Below the pieces are notes generated by a model that worked only from the letters and a program-made list of their open reading frames with translations, had not been told where the DNA came from and did not search any database. Made by a program: the position numbers and the translations under genes. From contig CAVVHE010000004.1 in NCBI GenBank assembly GCA_963748015.1, forward strand, positions 1,568,001-1,632,000: a DNA stretch of 64,000 bases, read 5' to 3'. Source of the DNA: Terriglobia bacterium (GTDB taxonomy: Bacteria; Acidobacteriota; Polarisedimenticolia; Polarisedimenticolales; JAIQFR01). Below, in pieces: positions 49,771 through 59,314 of the stretch. Position 1 is the stretch's first letter; each line of letters starts with the position of its first letter.

Positions 49771-50703
49771 TCATTTCTCAGGATCCGAGACCTTGACGCG
49801 CGTCATCGTGCTTTCATTTGACAAACGCACGAGTCCCGTGAGTTTCATGACCCATCGCTTCGAAGGCTGACCGTCCCCTGGCGCGCGCTCGCCAGCGGCT
49901 TCGAGTTCCTCGCGAGGGATCTCCACTTCGCCCGTGCTGGTGCCGGACACATCTTCCGTTCGTCGGGCGAATTGGCTGGGTACGATGCCGGAAACGAGCG
50001 TTCCACGCGAGCGATAGGTCGCCGAAACCGACATCTGCTTGGTAGCCTCCGTCCGACCTTTTCCCGTCGTCGCCCACTCGGCCACAGTGTCGAAAGTGGC
50101 TTCGTCCCCCGTGATTTCTCGGAGCGTAAGCTTCTCTGTGCCCTGGACCTCCGTTACCCCAACGGTCCCCGAGCCTGGGAGCGAGAACTTGCGCGGAATT
50201 TCGAACGAGTCGCCTACCCTCAGCTCCTGCTTCGGCGGCGGAACCATAAGGTCAAGCGCACCCTGAACGACTGCTGAGGGCCCGCTGTCCTGACCATCGA
50301 CTTCCCAGCGGCCATCATGGTCGATTCGGCCGTGGAACACGATTCCCATCAAGGCGCCCCTCAGGTCGGGCGTGGGCATGAGTTGCTCGCTCACCGAAGT
50401 GGTGACGCTCGCATCCTCCGTTCTCACTTCGAAAGGCAGACTTCCATCCGCTGCCAGAACGCCAGTGCGAAGCACGAACTTGTAGCGCATCTCTATTCGG
50501 ACATCCTTGCCCGCGAGTTGGGGTGGCGCCATTTTGGGTGGCAATCCGTCGGCTTCGAGCCGAATCGAGGCGGACGTCGCGCACGCCAACTCGAATGTGG
50601 CGTTCGGTTCCGGTTGCGGATCGAAGCGTATGGTGCGTTCCTGCGCCCGAGCAAGTGCCCCTGCCGAAACAACTAGTGCGACAATTACCGCTAATTTTCG
50701 CAT
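49771..50703 (-). CDS. Hypothetical secreted protein (cargo)
   Basis: Signal MRKLAVIVALVVSAGALARAQ; 310 aa; visibly lower GC than core genes. Confidence 0.75.
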   Translation of the reverse strand: MRKLAVIVALVVSAGALARAQERTIRFDPQPEPNATFELACATSASIRLEADGLPPKMAPPQLAGKDVRIEMRYKFVLRTGVLAADGSLPFEVRTEDASVTTSVSEQLMPTPDLRGALMGIVFHGRIDHDGRWEVDGQDSGPSAVVQGALDLMVPPPKQELRVGDSFEIPRKFSLPGSGTVGVTEVQGTEKLTLREITGDEATFDTVAEWATTGKGRTEATKQMSVSATYRSRGTLVSGIVPSQFARRTEDVSGTSTGEVEIPREELEAAGERAPGDGQPSKRWVMKLTGLVRLSNESTMTRVKVSDPEK

Positions 50704-50840
50704 GGGGCCCCCGAGTGCGTGTTCCTTGGATACAACGCAGTCATTCAGGAGTCAAGTGAAAAGGCGCATTCTCGCCGCCGACGGCAGTTGCCGAGACGAG
50801 TCCCCCGGCATGCCTCGACTACGCGACTCGCTCTTCCTCG

Positions 50841-50870
50841 TTGACTTCCTCCCCCACCGCTGGCCCTGTC
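50841..50870 (+). promoter_or_regulatory. Conserved 30-bp leader of recombinase fragment B
   Basis: TTGACTTCCTCCCCCACCGCTGGCCCTGTC, identical to 52480-52509; begins with -35-like TTGACT. Confidence 0.65.
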
Positions 50871-50886
50871 TCGTCGGGAGGTCGCC

Positions 50887-51045
50887 ATGTCCCACATCGC
50901 CCCGCCTACCCTGACCGCCGCCGAGCAAAAGGCGATCCTGCGGGCCACGGCCGCCAACCAGCGCGACCACACCATCTTCTCGATGGCCCTCGGCACCGGG
51001 CGAGGCCTGGGCGAGATGGTTGGCCCAACCGGTAGCCCTCGCTGA
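50887..51045 (+). pseudogene. Tyrosine recombinase 5' fragment B
   Basis: GGAGG SD then MSHIAPPTLTAAEQKAILRATAANQRDHTIFSMALGTGRGLGEMVG...*; DNA similar to fragment A. Confidence 0.85.
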
Positions 51046-51144
51046 CCTAATGGACCGGGGTTGGGGCTAGACGCGATCGGCGTCGACGCGGATCTCAGGT
51101 CGCCCGGAGAACCGGAACTCGTCTCCCGATCGGTACATCCGCCT

Positions 51145-52236
51145 CTAGCGCGATTTCTTCGGGATCTTCGCAAGGGCCGCTATGGCGTTCGCGTTCCCTT
51201 GCGCGGCGGCTTTTTGGTACCAGGCCACGGCTTGAGCGTCGTCCTGCAGCACACCGCGCCCTTCCGCGTACATGGCTCCGAGGCGGTACTGCGCGTCCGC
51301 CTGTCCCTGCTCCGCGAGCTGGCGGTACCAGGTTGCGGCCAGTCTGTCGTCCTTCGGCATCCCGCGACCCGCTTCGCACATCAGGGCGAGGCTGAACTGC
51401 GCGGCCTCGTGTCCCTGCTCGGCGGCCTTGCGATACCAGGCCGCGGCCTGGGCTTCGTCCTTCGGCACGCCTAGGCCTCCCTCGTACATCAGGGCCAGAT
51501 CGAACTGGGCGTGCGCGAACCCCCGCTCGGCCGCCTTGTGGTACCAGGCCATAGCCTGCGCGTCGTCTCTCACCACGCCGCGGCCGTTGGCATACATCCA
51601 ACCGAGGTTGGTTTGCGCCTCGGCATCGCCTTGCTCTGCTGCCCTGCGGTACCAGGCCACGGCCTGGACGTAATCCTGAGGCGCCCCGCGACCTTGTTCG
51701 TACATCAGAGCCAGATCGTGCTGTGCTTTCACGTTGCCCTGGTTGGCTGCCTTTCGGAACCACGCCATCGCTTGCGCGTCGTCCCGGGTCACGAAGCGAC
51801 CTTTGAGGTAGTACCAGCCAAGACCGTACTGCGCAAGCGCCAGGCCCTGGTCGGCTGCCTTCCGACACCAAGCCACCGCTTGAGCGCCGTCCTTCGGCAC
51901 ACCGACACCCTCCTGATACATGATGGCGAGACCGACCTGCGCCTCCGCGACGCCCTGCTCGGCAGCCTTGCGGGTCCAGTTCGCAGCCTGGGCTGCGTCC
52001 TTCGGCACACCGGCACCATCCGCGTACATCATTCCGAGAAGCAACTGCGCAGGGGCGTTCCCGCTCTCCGCAAGCGGCCTCAATAGGTGGATGGCGGTCG
52101 CGTTCTCGCCGCTCTGGTACGCTTTCACTGCCCTCTTCAGGGTTTCGGCAACCGCCGCATCTGCTTCGCCAGCGGAACTGGATGGCATCGCCGGCTCGCC
52201 GGCGAGCAACAGGGCGCAGAGGATGATTCCGAGCAT
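51145..52236 (-). CDS. Sel1-like repeat protein (cargo)
   Basis: Signal peptide and about 8 AQ..LG.MY..G.GV..D..QA..WYRKAA.QG repeats. Confidence 0.92.
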   Translation of the reverse strand: MLGIILCALLLAGEPAMPSSSAGEADAAVAETLKRAVKAYQSGENATAIHLLRPLAESGNAPAQLLLGMMYADGAGVPKDAAQAANWTRKAAEQGVAEAQVGLAIMYQEGVGVPKDGAQAVAWCRKAADQGLALAQYGLGWYYLKGRFVTRDDAQAMAWFRKAANQGNVKAQHDLALMYEQGRGAPQDYVQAVAWYRRAAEQGDAEAQTNLGWMYANGRGVVRDDAQAMAWYHKAAERGFAHAQFDLALMYEGGLGVPKDEAQAAAWYRKAAEQGHEAAQFSLALMCEAGRGMPKDDRLAATWYRQLAEQGQADAQYRLGAMYAEGRGVLQDDAQAVAWYQKAAAQGNANAIAALAKIPKKSR

Positions 52237-52479
52237 TGAGCTTCCCCCATGCCGCTCGTTACGCCGGAGCCCTTTCTCCACGGGGCGCCCCCGGGCTGCG
52301 ACCCCGTCGTAGTGCTACCTGAGAAGATACCGGACCAGGCTTCCCGGCCGCGGGTATTTTTGACGGCCGATGTTTCGTTCTGGACGCCGACGAGACTGTC
52401 CCAGCAAAGGCGGAACGTCGGCGCACGGCGCTCGCTTGCCTCTTCGCGCGTGATTCCTCCCCTAACTGCCATTGGCCCT

Positions 52480-52564
52480 TTGACTTCCTCCCCCACCGCT
52501 GGCCCTGTCCTGGCCGGAGGTCCAGATGCAGAGCCTCGTCCCGGCCACCCTGACCGCCGCCGAA
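52480..52564 (+). pseudogene. Tyrosine recombinase 5' fragment C (leader plus about 13 codons)
   Basis: Same 30-bp leader, GGAGG, ATG 52526, MQSLVPATLTAAE homologous to MSHIAPPTLTAAE. Confidence 0.75.
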
Positions 52565-52597
52565 TGGTCGCACGCCATGAGGGGACGGACCGTCAAC

Positions 52598-53698
52598 TCA
52601 CGTGCGGAGTTGGGCACCCGCACGGAATTGCGCGACCGGGACCAGCACGGCCCCAAGCGAAGTAGCGCGGAAGCCTAGCTCGACAACGTCAACGCGACGC
52701 ACCTCTCCTGTGAAACACGACGACGGCGCGTTCGATGCGAGCGAGAACAGTAAGTCGTCAAGATCCCACTCCCGGCGCTTCTTCAGGAGACCTTCCAGCC
52801 TTACGTCCATTGGGTCGGTCGCTCGGTCGTAGACATGCTTGTTTGCATCCGGAGCGAGGAGCGCACGTACGATTCTCCACGCTCGACGGAAGAGCGAAAG
52901 GAAAACACCGTCAAAGGGAATTGGACATACCACCAAGTGGAGGTCTCGGCGCCGGACATGGTCTCCAGCATCCTGCTCTATCGGCATGAGCCGCACACGA
53001 AAGCCTAGATCGTCGCCGGAGTGGTCGACGAACGAGCTCGGCACCCACACGCCCTGCTCTGCGTACCCCAGAAGCAACTTCGGCCGCCAGTAGCCGAGGA
53101 TGCTGCTCGGGAGATGGTACGCGCCCTCGCTGTGGAAGCACTCTACACAGGTTTCGATCCACCTCTCCAGGGGCGTGTCGTCCGCAACCAACCATCTGAC
53201 ACTCGAACCCGCCGCAGCAAGGTGCTGTGGGGTGTCGATGAGCGTCGCGGCCCTGTTCTTGCCAATGCCGAGCAAGATCGAAGCGGGTACGGTTCCCTCC
53301 AGCCCACAGTACTCGCGGAGGGCTGTGGCAACTCGTTCTGCAACGCGTGCATCCGAACGCCTTAACGCGTCGTGAACGGCGTACTCGAACGACAATGCAC
53401 AGTCGACCCGCAGTCTGGCGAACCTTCTCGCCAGCCGTTCAAGAGTGCCGGGAGTGCCTATCCCCGCTGCGCCGACGTCAGCCGAGAGCGCAGACGCACA
53501 GTCGGTCAAGATACTCCCCACCAGCGCGCCAGGACTCGCAGTTCGATCGACAGCAGCCCGCTGTAACGTAAGTCGAATTTGGACTGAGCCCATCATAGAA
53601 CTCAAGGATTCCTCATCCTCTCCGTACCGCGCGATCCTGGCCGGCACGCGGCCCCCTATCGGGCTTCTGCTGCAACTCGCCTCGTTCCCCATCTTCAT
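52598..53698 (-). CDS. Hypothetical cytoplasmic protein (cargo; start uncertain)
   Basis: 366-aa ORF in lower-GC DNA; FEYAVHDAL and LVVCPIPFD motifs. Confidence 0.65.
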   Translation of the reverse strand: MKMGNEASCSRSPIGGRVPARIARYGEDEESLSSMMGSVQIRLTLQRAAVDRTASPGALVGSILTDCASALSADVGAAGIGTPGTLERLARRFARLRVDCALSFEYAVHDALRRSDARVAERVATALREYCGLEGTVPASILLGIGKNRAATLIDTPQHLAAAGSSVRWLVADDTPLERWIETCVECFHSEGAYHLPSSILGYWRPKLLLGYAEQGVWVPSSFVDHSGDDLGFRVRLMPIEQDAGDHVRRRDLHLVVCPIPFDGVFLSLFRRAWRIVRALLAPDANKHVYDRATDPMDVRLEGLLKKRREWDLDDLLFSLASNAPSSCFTGEVRRVDVVELGFRATSLGAVLVPVAQFRAGAQLRT

Positions 53699-53914
53699 AC
53701 CACGGACACTTCCTGAACGGTTCTAACTCTCGCACTAAGGTGACGGCGGGTGTGGGTGCTCCGTCGCGCTGGTCTGCTCCCAGTCTCGGCGAGCCACCGA
53801 TTGGTTCTTCGATAAACGAGAAAGATGCGGGTCGGGAGGCCCGGGCTGGAGCGAATCTCGGGCGGCACCAAGGGTGCCGTCCGCGAGACATGGATGCCAG
53901 GACCTAGATGCGGA

Positions 53915-54000
53915 GATTCCCCGCCACGGCTGTGCCGCGCCCTGCAAATTCCACCTGTGGGATGGTAGCGGGGGCCCGATTTGAACCTGCGACCTTCGGG
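53915..54000 (-). pseudogene. tRNA-Met (initiator-like) 3'-half fragment within att-like repeat copy 3
   Basis: Minus strand CCCGAAGGTCGCAGGTTCAAATCGGGCCCCCGCTACCA (54000-53963): T-arm, acceptor strand and CCA; anticodon and 5' half absent. Confidence 0.75.
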
Positions 54001-54091
54001 CTCCGAGTGTCTCTTCCACCAAGCCGGCGAGACCTCGAGCACCCCGCCCGCTCGGGGGATCGCAAGGCGAGGATGCAGCCGCGGAACGGCG

Positions 54092-54436
54092 TCAGCCCGG
54101 CGGCCACTCCATGTCCCGCCCGCCGAGCAGGTGGAAGTGCAGGTGGAAGACGCTCTGCCCCGCGCCGCGGCCGCGGTTGGTGACGAGGCGCCAGCCGCGG
54201 GCGTCGATCCCCTCGCGCACGGCGAGGTCCCTCGCGACCAGGAGGATCCGGCCGAGGAGCGCCGCGTCGCCGTCGCCCGCTTCGCCAAGCGAGGACACGT
54301 GCTGACGAGGGATGATCAGGAGGTGCACCGGCGCCTGCGGGTGCAGGTCGCGGAACGCGACGATCTCGTCGTCCTCGTGGACGATCGTTGCGGGGACCTC
54401 CTTCGCCGCGATCCGGCAGAAGAGGCAGCCGCTCAC
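54092..54436 (-). CDS. HIT family (HinT-like) protein
   Basis: CLFCRI, AFRDLHPQAPVH, GQSVFHLHFHLLGGR. Confidence 0.95.
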   Translation of the reverse strand: MSGCLFCRIAAKEVPATIVHEDDEIVAFRDLHPQAPVHLLIIPRQHVSSLGEAGDGDAALLGRILLVARDLAVREGIDARGWRLVTNRGRGAGQSVFHLHFHLLGGRDMEWPPG

Positions 54437-55683
54437 CGGATCCGCTCCACCGAGGCGCCGAGCGCCTGCAGCTTCGCCTCCATCGGCTCGTACCCGCGGT
54501 CGAGGTGGTAGACGCGGTCCACCACGGTGACGCCGTCGGCCACGAGCCCCGCGAGGACGAGGCACGCCGACGCCCGGAGGTCCGTCGCCATCACCTGCGC
54601 GCCGGTGAGGTCCGTCGGGCCGACCACCACCGCGGTCCGCCCCTCGATCCGCACGTCCGCCCCCATGCGGAGCAGCTCGCTGACGTGCATGAACCGGTGC
54701 TCGAAGATCGTCTCCGCGATGACCGACGTCCCCCGCGCCCGGGTCACGAGCGCCATGTACTGCGCCTGCATGTCGGTCGGATAGCCGGGATAGGGAGCGG
54801 TCTTGAGGTCGTGCGCCACCGGCGCCGCGGGGGCTTTGACGTGGATCGAGTCGCCGCCGACCCTCATCGGCACGCCGACCGACTCGAGCTGGCGGATCAC
54901 CGCGTCGAGGTGGTCCGGCCGGCAGGACGCGACCTCGACGCCGTCGCCGGTCAAGGCGCCGGCGACGAGGTACGTTCCCGCCTCGACCCGGTCCGGGATC
55001 ACCCGGTGGTGCGCGCCGTGGAGCGACTTCCGTCCCTCGACGACGATCTCGTCCGTGCCCGCGCCGTGGATCGACGCCCCCATCTCGATCAGCAGCTCGG
55101 CGAGGTCCACGACCTCCGGCTCCTGCGCCGCGTTCGAGAGGACGGTGGTCCCGTCGGCGAGCGTCGCCGCCATCATCAGGTTCTCGGTCCCGGTGACGGT
55201 CTTCTCGGGGAACGTGATCGACACCCCGTGCAGGCGCTCCGCGCGCGCCTCCACGTAGCCGTGCTCGACGCTGATCTCGGCCCCCATCTTCTGCAGGCCG
55301 TCGATGTGGAGGTTGATCGGCCGAGCGCCGATCGCGCAGCCACCCGGGAGCGAGACCCGCGCGCGGCGGTACCTCGCGAGGAGCGGGCCGAGGACGAGGA
55401 CCGACGCCCGCATCGTCTTGACCAGGTCGTAGGGCGCCTCGTACGACGCGATGCGCTCGACGCGGACGGCGGCCCGCGACCCGGCCGCGTCCACCGTCGC
55501 GCCGAGCTGCTCGAGCACCCGGAGCATCGTCCGGACGTCCCGCACGCGCGGCAGGTTCTCGATCTCGACCCGGTCGCCGGTGAGGAGGCACGCGGCGAGC
55601 GCCGGGAGGGCGGCGTTCTTCGCGCCGCCGATCTCCACCCGGCCGGTGAGCCGCCTCTGTCCCGTGATGCGCAGCTTGTCCAT
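54433..55683 (-). CDS. murA: UDP-N-acetylglucosamine 1-carboxyvinyltransferase
   Basis: [47 protein letters not shown]. Confidence 0.98.
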   Translation of the reverse strand: MDKLRITGQRRLTGRVEIGGAKNAALPALAACLLTGDRVEIENLPRVRDVRTMLRVLEQLGATVDAAGSRAAVRVERIASYEAPYDLVKTMRASVLVLGPLLARYRRARVSLPGGCAIGARPINLHIDGLQKMGAEISVEHGYVEARAERLHGVSITFPEKTVTGTENLMMAATLADGTTVLSNAAQEPEVVDLAELLIEMGASIHGAGTDEIVVEGRKSLHGAHHRVIPDRVEAGTYLVAGALTGDGVEVASCRPDHLDAVIRQLESVGVPMRVGGDSIHVKAPAAPVAHDLKTAPYPGYPTDMQAQYMALVTRARGTSVIAETIFEHRFMHVSELLRMGADVRIEGRTAVVVGPTDLTGAQVMATDLRASACLVLAGLVADGVTVVDRVYHLDRGYEPMEAKLQALGASVERIR

Positions 55684-55818
55684 GCGAGGTTCCCCGCGAG
55701 GCGGCGCGAGCGCGCGCCCCGATCGCGACCCCGGATGATAGCACCCTGACGCGGCGCGCCGCGCCGGTCTACAATGCGGTCCCCGCGCCGCCCCGACGTG
55801 CCGGCGCCGAGGTGATTC

Positions 55819-57099
55819 ATGCTCGACCTGCACTTCGTCCGGGAGCACACCGACCGGGTGGCCGACGCCCTCCGAAAGCGGGGGACGACCCTGTCCCTCG
55901 AGCCGTTCCGCGAGATGGACGAGCGGCGGCGAGCGGCCCTCGTCGAGATGGAGGGGCTCAAGAAGCTCCGGAACGAGAGCTCGAAGAAGATCGGGCAGCT
56001 CGTGAAGTCCGGCGGCGACGCGGGCTCCCTGAAAGAGGAGATGCGGCAGGTCGGGGAGCGGATCTCCGCCCTGGAGAAGGAATCCGAGTCGGCCGAGGAG
56101 GCGCTTCGCGGCCTGCTCGCCGAGATCCCGAACGTCCCGCACGAGGGCGTCCCCGAGGGGCGGTCGTCCGAGGACAACCCGGTGGTGCGCACGTGGGGCG
56201 AGCCGCCCCGGTTCGGCTTCGAGCCGAAGGCGCACTGGGACCTCGGCGCGTCGCTCGGGATCCTCGACTTCGAGCGCGCCGCGAAGGTCGCCGGGAGCCG
56301 GTTCGCCGTCTACTTCGGGGACGGTGCGAAGCTCGAGCGGGCCCTGATCCAATTCATGCTCGACCTCCACACGCGCGAGCACGGCTACCTCGAGGTCCTC
56401 CCGCCGTTCATGGTCAACGCCCAAGCGCTGTTCGGCACGGGACAGCTGCCGAAGTTCGAGGCCGACCTCTTCAAGGTCGAGCCGGGCGGGTACTACCTCG
56501 TCCCGACCGCCGAGGTGCCGGTCACGAACCTCCACGCCGGGGAGATCCTCGAGGGCGAGCGACTCCCGATCGCCTACTGCGCCTACACCCCCTGCTTCCG
56601 CTCGGAGGCCGGCTCCTACGGGAAGGACGTCCGCGGACTGATCCGGCAGCACCAGTTCAACAAGGTCGAGCTGGTGCGGTTCTCGCGGCCGGAGGACTCC
56701 TACCGCCAGCTCGACCTCCTCACCGGGCACGCCGAGGAGGTCCTGAAGCGGCTCGAGCTGCCGTACCGCGTGGTGGAGCTGTGCACGGCGGACCTCGGGT
56801 TCTCCGCGGCGAAGACCTACGACCTCGAGGTCTGGCTCCCGGGCCAGCAGCTCTACCGCGAGATCTCCTCCTGCTCGAACTTCGAGGCCTTCCAGGCCCG
56901 GCGCGCGGCGATCCGGTTCCGCCCCGGGCCGGGGGCCAAGGCGGAGCTGGTCCACACGCTGAACGGCTCCGGGCTCGCCGTCGGGCGGACGCTGGTCGCC
57001 GTCCTCGAGAACCACCAGCAGGGCGACGGGACCGTGGCCGTTCCCGAGGCCCTGAGGCCGTACATGGGCGGGCAGGAGCGGATCGAGCCGAGACGATGA
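55819..57099 (+). CDS. serS: Serine-tRNA ligase
   Basis: [37 protein letters not shown]. Confidence 0.98.
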   Translation: MLDLHFVREHTDRVADALRKRGTTLSLEPFREMDERRRAALVEMEGLKKLRNESSKKIGQLVKSGGDAGSLKEEMRQVGERISALEKESESAEEALRGLLAEIPNVPHEGVPEGRSSEDNPVVRTWGEPPRFGFEPKAHWDLGASLGILDFERAAKVAGSRFAVYFGDGAKLERALIQFMLDLHTREHGYLEVLPPFMVNAQALFGTGQLPKFEADLFKVEPGGYYLVPTAEVPVTNLHAGEILEGERLPIAYCAYTPCFRSEAGSYGKDVRGLIRQHQFNKVELVRFSRPEDSYRQLDLLTGHAEEVLKRLELPYRVVELCTADLGFSAAKTYDLEVWLPGQQLYREISSCSNFEAFQARRAAIRFRPGPGAKAELVHTLNGSGLAVGRTLVAVLENHQQGDGTVAVPEALRPYMGGQERIEPRR

Positions 57100-57103
57100 C
57101 CCA

Positions 57104-57189
57104 GGAGGGGTGGCCGAGCGGTTGAAGGCGCCGGTCTTGAAAACCGGAAGGTGCAAGCCTCGCGGGTTCGAATCCCGCCCCCTCCGCCA
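57104..57189 (+). tRNA. tRNA-Ser(TGA)
   Basis: GGAGGGG acceptor; anticodon arm CCGGT-CTTGAAA-ACCGG; long variable arm; GTTCGAATC; GCCA end. Confidence 0.95.
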
Positions 57190-57208
57190 GTTCCAGGAAC
57201 CGTCACCG

Positions 57209-57236
57209 TTGACGGAAACCGTCCGTGGGTTACAAT
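57209..57236 (+). promoter_or_regulatory. Sigma-70 promoter for tRNA-Ser(GCT)-glnS
   Basis: TTGACG-16 nt-TACAAT. Confidence 0.65.
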
Positions 57237-57277
57237 CCGCTGTTCCGGTCGTGATTCGTCCGGGTCGAGACACGTGC

Positions 57278-57371
57278 GGAGAGGTGCCGGAGTGGCTGAA
57301 CGGGACGGTTTGCTAAACCGTTGAAGGGGCCTAAACCCCTTCCGAGGGTTCGAATCCCTCCCTCTCCGCCA
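57278..57371 (+). tRNA. tRNA-Ser(GCT)
   Basis: GGAGAGG acceptor; ACGGT-TTGCTAA-ACCGT; long variable arm; GTTCGAATC; GCCA end. Confidence 0.95.
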
Positions 57372-57402
57372 GGATTCCCCAGCCGATAGCGAGGCGGACG
57401 AC

Positions 57403-59164
57403 ATGACGACGCCGAACGATTCCACCCCCGCCCGTCCCGCGGGCGACGGCTCCGCCGACGGAGGCGCCCCGGAGAGAGCCGCGCCGCCGCAGGACTTCAT
57501 CCGCGCCATCGTCGAGACGGACAACCGGACCGGGAAGCACGGGGGGCGCGTCGCCACCCGCTTTCCGCCGGAGCCGAACGGCTACCTGCACATCGGGCAC
57601 GCGAAGTCCATCTGCCTCAACTTCGGGATCGCGCTGCAGTACGGCGGCAAGTGCAACCTCCGCTTCGACGACACGAACCCGACCAAGGAAGACGTCGAGT
57701 ACGTCGAGTCGATCCAGGAGGACATCCGCTGGCTCGGCTTCGACTGGGAGGACCGGCTCTACTACGCCTCCGACTACTTCGAGCAGCTCTACCTCTTCGC
57801 CGAGCAGCTCGTCCGCGAGGGGAAGGCGTTCGTCTGCGACCTGACCGCCGACGAGGTCCGGGAGCACCGCGGCACCCTGACCCAGCCCGGGAAGGAGAGC
57901 CCGTACCGCGACCGGCCCGCCGAGGAGAGCCTCGACCTGTTCCGCCGGATGCGCGCGGGCGAGTTCCCCGACGGGGCGCGCACGCTCCGCGCGAAGATCG
58001 ACATGGCCTCCCCGAACCTCAACATGCGGGACCCGGTCCTCTACCGGATCCTGCACGCCGACCACCACCGGACCGGCGGGGCGTGGTGCATCTACCCGAT
58101 GTACGACTACGCCCACCCGCTCTCCGACATGATCGAGGGGATCACCCACTCGATCTGCACCCTGGAGTTCGAGGACCACCGGCCGTTCTACGACTGGACG
58201 CTCGACGAGTTGCGCACCCCCTGCCACCCCCAGCAGATCGAGTTCGCCCGGCTCGCGCTGAACTACACGGTCATGAGCAAGCGGAAGCTCCTCGAGCTGG
58301 TGCGCACGGGCTTCGTCTCGGGGTGGGACGACCCGCGGCTGCCGACGATCTGCGGCCTGAGGCGGCGCGGCTACACGCCGGAGTCCATCCGCGACTTCTG
58401 CGACCGGATCGGCGTGGCGAAGCGGGACAGCGTGGTGGACATCGCGCTGCTCGAGCACTGCCTGCGCGAGGACCTGAACCGACGCGCCCCGCGCCGCATG
58501 GCGGTGCTCCGCCCGCTCAAGCTCGTGATCGAGAACTTTCCCGAGGGGCTCGTCGAGGAGATGGACGTCCCGAACAACCCCGAGGACCCCGAGGCCGGGA
58601 CGAGGAAGGTCCCCTTCTCGCGGGAGCTCTTCATCGAGCAGGACGATTTCCGCGAGACGCCGCCGCCGAAGTACTGGCGGCTCTACCCGGGGAACGAGGT
58701 GCGGCTGCGCTCGGCCTACCTCGTCCGCTGCACGGGGGTCGTGAAGGACCCCTCGACCGGCGAGGTCACGGAGCTCCGCGGCACCTACGACCCGGCCACG
58801 CGGGGGGGCAACGCCCCCGACGGGCGCCGCGTCAAGAGCACGATCCACTGGCTGTCGGCCGCGCACGCCGCCGCCGCCGAGGTGCGCCTCTACGACCACC
58901 TCTTCGGAGTGGAAGACCCCGGCGCCGTCCCCGAGGGAGCCGACTGGAAAGACACGCTCAACCCGAAGTCGCTCGAGACGCTCGGCGGCTGCAAGATCGA
59001 GGCGCTGCTCGCCTCCGCCCGTCCCCGGCGACCGCTTCCAGTTCGAGCGCGTCGGCTACTTCTGCGCCGACAGCGGCGACTCCCGCCCCGGCGCCCCGGT
59101 CTTCAACCGCACCGTGACCCTCAAGGACACCTGGGCCCGCATCGAGAAGAAGCAGGGCAGCTGA
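57403..59164 (+). CDS. glnS: Glutamine-tRNA ligase; frameshift near 59025
   Basis: [24 protein letters not shown]; shifted tail [12 protein letters not shown]...[12 protein letters not shown]. Confidence 0.95.
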
Positions 59165-59188
59165 CGGAGCGGGAGCGCTCGCCCGTCC

Positions 59189-59271
59189 GCCGCTTCGACC
59201 CGAGGCAAGAGTGTCCGGAGACGGCCCTTTCTCGGGCCGGCGAGGACGCTCTTGCCTCGGATCGAAGCGGC
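59189..59271. repeat. Long inverted repeat between convergent glnS and gltX
   Basis: 28-bp arms 59189-59216 and 59244-59271 with 2 mismatches; inner CGGCCC-TTTCTC-GGGCCG. Confidence 0.8.
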
Positions 59272-59314
59272 CCGCGTCGGGTCGAGTCCGGCTTCGAACG
59301 GAACGCGCCCCCGG

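Noticed and set aside
53963..54050. Functional tRNA-Met gene
   Set aside because: Only the 3' 38 nt resemble a tRNA. The anticodon and D arms are missing and the T-stem is mismatched.
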